49,395 bases of DNA from an uncultured Bacilli bacterium (GTDB taxonomy: Bacteria; Bacillota_I; Bacilli_A; RF39; UBA660). The DNA is taken from assembly GCA_944358855.1 (NCBI GenBank), contig CALVSC010000002.1, positions 1 to 49,395 on the forward strand. Direction: 5' to 3'. Position numbers and translations under genes: made by a program. This document shows, piece after piece, positions 36,935-44,800 of this stretch. Within the stretch, counting starts at the first letter, position 1. Each line of letters opens with the position of its first letter. The notes under the pieces were generated by a model. The model was given only the letters and a program-made list of their open reading frames with translations, was not told where the DNA came from and searched no databases.

Positions 36935-37900
36935 TTAATACAAAGTGAGTTTATCAATAAAATAACATTTCCCAGTTTCCAAAAAATGTTCCATCGCAAT
37001 AAATGATTTCCCAACTTGATTTAATGTTAATTTTAATCTATAAAAATCAACTTCTCCGGCCCCATTCTTATATGGATAGATTTTAGGTAATGTATCACTA
37101 TATTTCAAAAGTTCTTCACCTTTTTTACCAAGCATAAGTGCTAAGTCTCTATCAGTAAATTCTTGTTTACAACGACAGTCTTCCTCCATATTTTCTTCAT
37201 AGAACTCTTTGTCAATTTCTACATCTGCCCAAGGAAAAAGTTCACGGATTACATGTTCATATTTCTTAATTCCAAATCCAAACATTTCTCTTTGAAATAA
37301 TATTTTTTCTTCTCCTTCTTCTTTTACTTTAAGTATAAATGTTCCTCGCCCAGAAGACTTATTTATCCACTCTTGAACTTCTAAAATACTTTCATCGTGT
37401 TTTAAAGTTTCCAACATCCAATCTTTTGCTATTACTAATGAATTCCATCTTCTTTCATAATCACTTTGTTTATTAGCTAAATCTCGAATTTTTTCACATG
37501 AGTTTTCTAGCGTTTGATTATAAGGAATATTAATTTTCCAACCATTTTTACACTTTATTGCTGTTTGTTTATTAATTACTTCCCATATATACCTATCACT
37601 TGATGGAGAATATAGAACAATAATAACTGAAAGTGAATGATTTATCCAATAATTATAATGTTTGATATCTCCACGAAACACCACATTGTTTCCTTTTTTT
37701 TTACTAAAATACGAATCGCCTGATTTTATTTGAACCGCTATTAATTTTCCAGAAAGATAATTATTGTCTTTTGTTTCTATTATAGCATCTATACCATAAT
37801 CACCTATCGGTTGTTCTCGAAACATAAATCCTAATTCTTCAAATTTTGATGCACATTTATAAACACCTTGTCTTTCAATATTTTCAGTATTATTCATCAT
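36935..37900 (-). CDS. DUF4365-domain protein (predicted PD-(D/E)xK restriction-endonuclease-fold N-domain plus an unknown C-domain)
   Basis: GDYGIDAIIE...GKLIAVQIKSG matches the DUF4365 D..(D/E)xK core. The roughly 200-aa C-terminal region is unrecognised. Confidence 0.75.
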   Translation of the reverse strand: MMNNTENIERQGVYKCASKFEELGFMFREQPIGDYGIDAIIETKDNNYLSGKLIAVQIKSGDSYFSKKKGNNVVFRGDIKHYNYWINHSLSVIIVLYSPSSDRYIWEVINKQTAIKCKNGWKINIPYNQTLENSCEKIRDLANKQSDYERRWNSLVIAKDWMLETLKHDESILEVQEWINKSSGRGTFILKVKEEGEEKILFQREMFGFGIKKYEHVIRELFPWADVEIDKEFYEENMEEDCRCKQEFTDRDLALMLGKKGEELLKYSDTLPKIYPYKNGAGEVDFYRLKLTLNQVGKSFIAMEHFLETGKCYFIDKLTLY

Positions 37901-37963
37901 TTTCTATATTCACCATCCAATCGTATAATTCACAATTTACACTATATAATAATCTTAATAATT

Positions 37964-38581
37964 CTATCTCATATTTTCATCGACATTATAATCATATTTT
38001 GATTTTATTAGTTGTTGAGCGTATCTATCTAAAAATCCACAAAAAGTGCTAAGAAATCCGGAATTAACTATATTTTCTTCGTTAACCCTTTCATATATAT
38101 ATCTCCAATCCTTAAAAACATTAGATATATTAGAAATTTCTTTTTCAATAAATTGTTTATTTGCTTGCTCACCATATTTTTTATAAAAAAATGAAAAAAG
38201 AACTGTTTTTAAATAATCATCTGTATTTTTATACAATTTAAACAAATTATGTAATTCATAATTTTTTAAAGTATTAAAATTAAAATCAATATCTACTAAT
38301 AATAACTTTAAATAGACTTCACAGGCAAATGATTTATTTACAATAAAGGGATATATTCTTGAAATCATTTTATCTCCACGAAATGAGACTTTTGTTCCAC
38401 CCCATTCAATTACAGTATTATCCTTAATATTATTTTGTTGTGCCGGTAAAATTATCATTTCTTCTTCCAATATAGCATTTTTAAATTGCCTTGCTGTTAT
38501 GTACATTTCTACTAATTTTTTCCCTTTAGGATCAAGTTTTTTATATGGGTCATCAATTTTATCTTTGTTATCAGAGTTCAT
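37964..38581 (-). CDS. Hypothetical 205-aa all-alpha protein, possibly HEPN-like, upstream partner of the DUF4365 gene
   Basis: ATG 38581 after a GAGG SD, with a TATAAT upstream. The weak HEPN-like pattern is ELHNLFKL ... FKDWRYIYE. No family confidently recognised. Confidence 0.5.
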   Translation of the reverse strand: MNSDNKDKIDDPYKKLDPKGKKLVEMYITARQFKNAILEEEMIILPAQQNNIKDNTVIEWGGTKVSFRGDKMISRIYPFIVNKSFACEVYLKLLLVDIDFNFNTLKNYELHNLFKLYKNTDDYLKTVLFSFFYKKYGEQANKQFIEKEISNISNVFKDWRYIYERVNEENIVNSGFLSTFCGFLDRYAQQLIKSKYDYNVDENMR

Positions 38582-38905
38582 ACTATTCCTCGCTTTCAAA
38601 TTTCATTTTGTTTCTTTAAACATATTATACTATAAAAAAACTATTCTCGAATATAATGTTGTTTTTGCACGCATTTTTTGGATGAGGGCGGCAGTGAAGT
38701 ATCTGATGTTGTTGCTAAAAACTTTTGAATACATACTGCAAAACTTCCGTTTTTTGATTAGCTTTTGCAGTCAACAAACAAAAAAGATTAAATCATTATA
38801 GACTTAATCGTAATCTGAATACTAAACAATATTAATATAACACCTATATTCATACTCAACATCATATTTTTTGATATATTTATTATTTAATCCTCTTGTT
38901 ATGGT

Positions 38906-38919
38906 AAGGGTATCATTTA
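38906..38919. repeat. Element-end inverted arm, AAGGGTATCATTTA (P arm of the putative attP)
   Basis: Matches the reverse complement of 28192-28205 at 13 of 14 positions. Confidence 0.75.
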
Positions 38920-40176
38920 TTAGACAACTTGTTGTATAGGAGTTACACTTACTCCTTGACCGAAAGCAGTTGTTGCAAGTTCTACATTTCCAACTTGGTC
39001 TAGGTTAAAAATGATTCCTTGTCCCTCACCATTTAAATCAATTCCTGTTTTTGCTCCAAAACCAAATTTATCAATATATTCAAAAAGTTTATCTTTTCCG
39101 AGTAGTTGGCCCATCTTTACGAATCCTGGATTACAAGAGTTTTGTAAGACTTGTAAAAAGGTTTGTTCTCCGTGTCCCCCTGCTTTCCAACATCTTAAAA
39201 TAGAACCGTCTACATTGACACTTCCAGAATCATAAAAGTGATCTTTTTTTAAATCTACTACCCCCTCTTCTACCGCTGCGCTGGTAGTAATTATTTTAAA
39301 TGTAGATCCTGGTTCGTAAGAAGACCAAATTGGTAAGTTTCTACTGAGTATTTCGGTGTTATAGTTTTGATAATTGTTAGGGTCATAATCTGGTCTTGAT
39401 GACATTCCTAGTATTTCTCCTGTATTAGGATCCATAACGATTGCTAGTGCATTATCTGGAGAAAACATATCTACAATGTTATCTAGTTCTCTTTCTAGAG
39501 ACTTTTGGATATTGATATCAATCGTCAACGTAATATTCATTCCATCTTGAGGAGCTTCATAAATATCCGTTAAATTCAATTTATTTCCTTTTGCATCAGA
39601 AAAATACTTTATAGCCCCACTTTTTCCAGTTAAATATTTATCATATTGTAATTCTATTCCTGATAGTCCTTGATTATCTATTCCAACATAACCTAGGACA
39701 TGTGATAATAATTCTTTGTATGGATAATATCTTTTTGACTCTTTCATCAAATAGACTCCTTCTAAATTTAACTTGGCTATTTTATCTGATATTTCATATG
39801 ATAGTCTTCTACCTTCTGGATGCACTCTTTCAATCGAAGTCTCCTTATAAACGTGTTCTTTCATATCTTCATAACTAACATTTAATATATCTGCTAGTAG
39901 ACGTGTCGTTTTCTTTTTGTTTTTTATTTGATTAGGTATTAATACGAGAGAGGTCGTTGTGAGGTTATCTGCTAAAACAACACCATTTCTATCTAATATT
40001 AGTCCTCTATTTGCTTCTACTGGTAAATCTCTACTCCATAAGTTTTTGGCATATTTATTTAATTTATTATAGTCTATCATTTGAACGTAGAAAACGCGTA
40101 ATATAATTAATAATAATAGGAATAATAAAACTAAAAATATTATTTTTATTCTTTTATCTATTTTTCGTAAAAACAT
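38920..40176 (-). pseudogene. 5' segment of the split class B penicillin-binding protein gene (membrane anchor, PBP dimerisation domain, SxxK and SxN motifs)
   Basis: TM anchor IIFLVLLFLLLLIIL, active-site GSTFK and the SCN motif. It ends ...FGQGVSVTPIQQVV*, two codons past the att core. Start at ATG 40176 (SD GAGGTG). Confidence 0.9.
38927..38936. repeat. att core copy, ACTTGTTGTA
   Basis: Identical to 28171-28180. Confidence 0.85.
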
Positions 40177-40248
40177 ATTTTCACCTCTACTATTTTTTAT
40201 GTTTTTACCAATAAAAAAATGTAGACAATTCATGCCTACATTTTCTTT

Positions 40249-40749
40249 TTAATTATATCTTTTTCTAAGATAAAGTCCTACACCAGTTAATGATGTGAAA
40301 GAAATTGTAAATAATGTAATCCATAGTGGAATATTATCACTTGTTTCTGGAGACTCTACTCTTTCTTGCTCTGTTGGAGGAAGAGTTCCTTCTTGAGCTT
40401 GTAATGGCGTATAGGAATAACCTGTTACTTCAGATAATGGCGTTACCTTATATTTATAATTAGCTTCAAAGGTTAAAGATATTTCTTCATTTGGTTCTAA
40501 GCTAATCGTTGCCTGACCATCTACAAATTCTACATCATTTACTACTTTTGTAAATGTTTTATCATCCAATTCAATTAAGTAATCAAACTTAATATTTTCT
40601 TCTGTGCTAGAACTCACTTCATTTCTTATTGTTAAGGTCCTGCTAGTTTGTTCTATAGAATAACTTGGCTTTAGTAATAACACCGAAACTAATATTATCA
40701 TTATTGACATTGCAAATAACATAATTAACTTATGATTTCTTTTTTTCAT
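40249..40749 (-). CDS. Small secreted surface protein with a C-terminal SPETSD sorting-signal variant (pilin/CnaB-like fold possible)
   Basis: A signal/anchor N-terminus and a beta-rich domain. The C-terminus is SPETSD plus a hydrophobic helix plus RKRYN. Confidence 0.6.
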   Translation of the reverse strand: MKKRNHKLIMLFAMSIMIILVSVLLLKPSYSIEQTSRTLTIRNEVSSSTEENIKFDYLIELDDKTFTKVVNDVEFVDGQATISLEPNEEISLTFEANYKYKVTPLSEVTGYSYTPLQAQEGTLPPTEQERVESPETSDNIPLWITLFTISFTSLTGVGLYLRKRYN

Positions 40750-40862
40750 CTTGCCTATTCTCCTATTAATATATTCTTATATATATAAGGTTAGATTATG
40801 ATATATATTGTGTCAATATAATTAATAACGTAACTTCCTAGTTTACGTAAAAAGAAGCATAA

Positions 40863-41768
40863 TTATGCTTCTTTTCTTGTTACTTTCTCTAGTACTTGAT
40901 GAGCTGCTTTTTTAGTTTTACAAGTTACTAAAAATCTATTTTTATGGCAGAATGTAATTCCTTTTATTCCTGATACTTTTTCAAGTTCTTTTTTTTCAAG
41001 TCCGGCCCAGGATTCAGGAAATGGTTTACGATCTGTTTTATCATCTGTTGACTTCTTAATGGTTTTTATACCATAACCTCCACGATTAGAAGGATACATT
41101 ACAAATAATATATTGCTTGCTTTCTCACTTTTTATAATGGTTTCTTCAAATGGTATATATTCTTCTAGTTCAAGATATGGTAAGTTTGTTTTCTCTATTT
41201 TTTCTTCTATTATTTTTTTAGCTTTTACTTTTCCTATTACATTATATAATGTTTCTATAAATATAATTTTAGCTAAGTCAACGGCTTTTATAAATTGTTC
41301 ATTTTCTTTTTGTTTACTACCAAAACTAGGATTAAACATTTTAATAACATCACTTATTGTTTTTATTTTATAGTTTGCAGTTATTTCAGGAAAATCACCA
41401 TTGTCAATAGCATCAATTGCTTCTACTAGTTCTTTTTCCATACCTATATATACTTCATCAACATCTTGAATCTTTTCTTGTTTTAAATAGTCTTTTCCAA
41501 AATCTCTAAATAATAATCCAAATGATGCATATTTAATACCATTTTCTCTAATATCAACATCTTCTTGGTGATGATCATATTTTCCTCTTCCAATATCATA
41601 TACTAAGACATCACTTGAAATATCTTCTTTTCTTATTTCTGGTAGACGAATGACTTTTATATCTTTTTTATATAAATCAAGGAAAGCCGTTGCGAAAACT
41701 TCGTCTGCATGCATAGTTCCAGAATGAGTAATATATTTTGCTTTTTTTATGTCTGTTACTAGTTTCAT
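40863..41768 (-). CDS. MYG1/UPF0160-family metal-dependent hydrolase
   Basis: ITHSGTMHADEVFATAFL...YDIGRGKYDHHQ is the family signature. Confidence 0.85.
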   Translation of the reverse strand: MKLVTDIKKAKYITHSGTMHADEVFATAFLDLYKKDIKVIRLPEIRKEDISSDVLVYDIGRGKYDHHQEDVDIRENGIKYASFGLLFRDFGKDYLKQEKIQDVDEVYIGMEKELVEAIDAIDNGDFPEITANYKIKTISDVIKMFNPSFGSKQKENEQFIKAVDLAKIIFIETLYNVIGKVKAKKIIEEKIEKTNLPYLELEEYIPFEETIIKSEKASNILFVMYPSNRGGYGIKTIKKSTDDKTDRKPFPESWAGLEKKELEKVSGIKGITFCHKNRFLVTCKTKKAAHQVLEKVTRKEA

Positions 41769-41804
41769 AAGTACCTCTTTTCTTGCTTTATTATATCATA
41801 CCAA

Positions 41805-41832
41805 TAAAAAAAGAACAGTTTTTTCTGTTCTT
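41805..41832 (-). terminator. Intrinsic terminator after the giant repeat-protein gene
   Basis: AAGAACAG-T6-CTGTTCTT followed by T7 on the minus strand. Confidence 0.6.
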
Positions 41833-41839
41833 TTATTTT

Positions 41840-44800
41840 TTATGCTGCTCTTTGACGAGAGTTTGTATCTGTGTTTTCTCTTTCTCTTTGTGCTTCATCA
41901 AAGTCTATTACCATGTCTCTTAATTCTCTATTTCTATCATCTGCATATGCAGTTTGATTATGATGCATTTCTGAACTTACTCGTGCGGCCAAAGCAGCTG
42001 CTGATGCAGCACCAAATAATGTAGTTGCTAGGTCGCTTGGAAGATTTCCTAAAGCTTGTACTTGTTCAGCTGTAAGTCCTGCTAAAGAATCTCCTAGATT
42101 GGTAACATCAACCATACCTTGGTTCATCTGTTGAATGACATCAGGGTTTTGTACCATATATTGCATTGCTTGTGATAGACCATCAAGTTCAAATTGTGGA
42201 TGTCCTGGAATATATTGTTCTAATACAGGTAATGATTGTGATAGAAGATCATTAAATGATTGTTGCGTTGAATTTGCCAAGTCACTTAGTTGTTGCAATG
42301 CTTGAGCATGTGTCATTGTTCCAGCAGCACATTGATTTGCTATATCAGTAAGCTGCGATTGAGCTTGTTGTTGCATTTGTTCCGCAGCAGCGTGTCCGGC
42401 ATCATCAATTTGTCTATATGTATCTGAACCAATTGCCCAGCCACCATATTGTTCTGCAGAAGAGTCTAGTCCATATCTTTCATTGGTGTTAATTCTTCCG
42501 ATGATATCTTCTTGGGCTTGTGCTTTCATTCCTTCACCGAAGGTTTCGCGATATCCCGCAATTTGTTCTCCCGTTGTATGTGCTTGATCTATTGCTCCTT
42601 GATTAGTTGCATTAGCATTTGCAATTTGATCATTATGAGCATCAACTGTCTGTTGAACATTTGAATGTGTATGCCATGCATTGACAGCACTTACAGTTGC
42701 TCCAACAGTAGCAATTGTTGTTAATAGATTTCTAACAAATGGATCCGGCCTATAATCAAGCATTGTTGAAAGTGGAGTAAAGTTAAACCTGCCAGTGGAA
42801 CGTCTTCCAAAAACACTTCTTCCTTCTTCTGTATTTCTAGCATATTCTAATGCTTTTGCAACAAAGGCAGTTAAAGCTTGTTCATCATTTCCAGTCTGAA
42901 TCGCTCTTAATTCAATATCTGCAAGTATGCCAAGTTTTCGATCTAATTCAAGTGTCTCTTTACTATTTTTTGGCCTTTTTGCAAATCTGATACCTTGTAA
43001 GTTCATTTTACTATTGACTGCATTTAAGTCTTCTTCTTGCCCATGAATACCATCTGATAAGATGGCGTTTGTTCTATTTTCTAGATTACTAAATTCCGCT
43101 ATTAAACCTGTTGTACCTGCCAATGCATCTCTTTTTTGTTTAGTTAATTTTTCTTTTTCGTCGTCTGTTGTGGCATGATCAATAGCATCATCATATGATT
43201 GAGCTGTTTTATAGCGATTAAATATTGATTTATACATTGCTAACATTCTATTACGATTAGCTTCAACCCTTTCCATTCCTTTCTCACGAAGAACTTCCAT
43301 GATTGCATCGTTTACTACTTGAGACTCATTTCTTTGTAATGCTACATTACCACGATATTGTTGGAATAAAACTTCAATATCTCTATCAGATAAATTTCTA
43401 ATTCTTTCTCTTATTTGTTCTCCAACATCGCTTTGACCTTTTATACGTAGATAAATCTTACCTATACCTTTACCTATAGTACTAACAACTCCCTTTATAA
43501 TTCCCGGAACAAATCCAACAATAGCATATAACCATGATCCGTTTCTCAATTCATTTCTAAAACTATCTCTTACACGTATTCTAGACGCCTTTAATGCTTT
43601 TCCTGTTCTATCATCAAAATTAAGTGGATTACCATTTTCATCTTGTTTTATATCAGCTAATATTGTTTCCAATGATCTTACTTTTGTTGGTTGAAATTTT
43701 ACCTTTGGTTCCTTATTTTCTTCCCCTGGTGGAAGTTGTTTAGGTTCCTTATCCTCTTCTTCAGGATTAGTTGGTCCCATATTTGTTGGATCCGTATTTG
43801 CTGGATCCGTATTTGTTGGTTCCATATTGGTTGGATCTGTATTGGTTGGATCCGCGTTTGTTGGTTCCGTATTTGTTGGATCCGTATTTGTTGGATCCGT
43901 GTTTGTTGGATCCGTGTTTGTTGGATCCGTGTTTGTTGGATCCGTATTTGTTGGATCCGTATTTGTTGGATCCGTGTTTGTTGGTTCCGTATTTGTTGGA
44001 TCTGTGTTTGTTGGTTCCGTATTGGTTGGATCCGTATTGGTTGGATCTGTATTGGTTGGATCCGTGTTTGTTGGCGTGTGTCCAGCAGGAAGTCCTAACG
44101 GTTCTCTTCCAGCAGGAAGCCCTAATGGTTCTCTTCCGGCAGGAAGACCAGGACGAGTTTGCGCACCATAGTGTAATTCATAAGAATGGTCATCTGTTTG
44201 TGTGTCTGCTGTTCCTAGATTATTGCGGTTACCAGCTTCATTATAATATCCGACATCTGCCAATCTTCTACCATATTCGTTTATTAAAAAGTCATGATAT
44301 TGTTCTGGTTCTTCTAACACTCCTTGACTTCTTGGTCTTGGAATAAAAGAATTTGGATAATATACGACGTTTCCGTTTTCATCGTGTTCATAAGTTGGGT
44401 CATATCTTTCTTGCTCTCTTGCTCTTCTTACTCTTCTATACATATCATCCATTCTTTGTAAGACCAAAGCATTGTCTTCTCTATTTTCTGTTATGACTCT
44501 TTGTCTTTCCATTCCATATCTATTGGTAAAGTCTTCTAAGCTCATAGAGAATGGATTGAAGTTTTCGTCAAGAATACTTTCTTGGCTTTCACGCATTTGT
44601 AGTAAATCATCATAAGTCATTCCTGGATAATATCCAGCGTTAGCTATTCTTCTTGTGTATTCACCATTTACAAATGCTTCATATTGTTCCGGATCTTCCA
44701 AATATGCTTGCCTTCTTGGCATTGGTACAAATGTATTTTCATAGTATACAACGTTTCCGTTTTCATCGTGTTCATAGGTTGGATCATATCTTTCTTGTGA

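Larger units (their letters stand above)
28171..38936. mobile_element. Integrated 10.76-kb non-phage element (skin-like intervening element) interrupting the PBP gene
   Basis: It is bounded by the 10-bp direct repeat ACTTGTTGTA and has a serine recombinase at the left end. Inverted arms at both ends reconstitute an attP-like site. In-silico excision restores an in-frame 635-codon PBP ORF. No capsid, terminase or tail genes are present. Confidence 0.85.

Noticed and set aside
38499-38801. The 100-aa plus-strand ORF in the right-end non-coding region.
   Set aside because: It has no SD, overlaps the 5' end of the 205-aa gene in antisense, and its composition is not protein-like. I treat the region as non-coding (see findings).
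28171-38936. The element was considered as a prophage (SPbeta-like).
   Set aside because: It has no terminase, portal, capsid, tail, holin or lysin, or replication genes. Its content is a recombinase plus cargo, so I call it a non-phage intervening/defence island, possibly a degraded remnant.
28171-38936. The split PBP was considered as an assembly chimera or an inversion artefact, prompted by the housekeeping ackA inside.
   Set aside because: Both halves are colinear on the same strand. The junctions share an exact 10-bp core, the element ends form a symmetric attP-like site, and excision restores the frame exactly. Read-level validation is still needed.
43766-44080. The regular short repeat array was considered as a CRISPR array.
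   Set aside because: The units are contiguous 15-mers with no spacers, lie in frame inside a long ORF, and no cas genes are present.
43691-44346. Three plus-strand ORFs (135, 191 and 114 aa) with striking periodic sequences (VGSVFVGS..., CWIRICWIR..., YLLDPYLLDP...).
   Set aside because: They are antisense read-throughs of the 15-bp tandem repeat inside the giant minus-strand gene. They have no SD, and their periodicity is a trivial consequence of the repeat.
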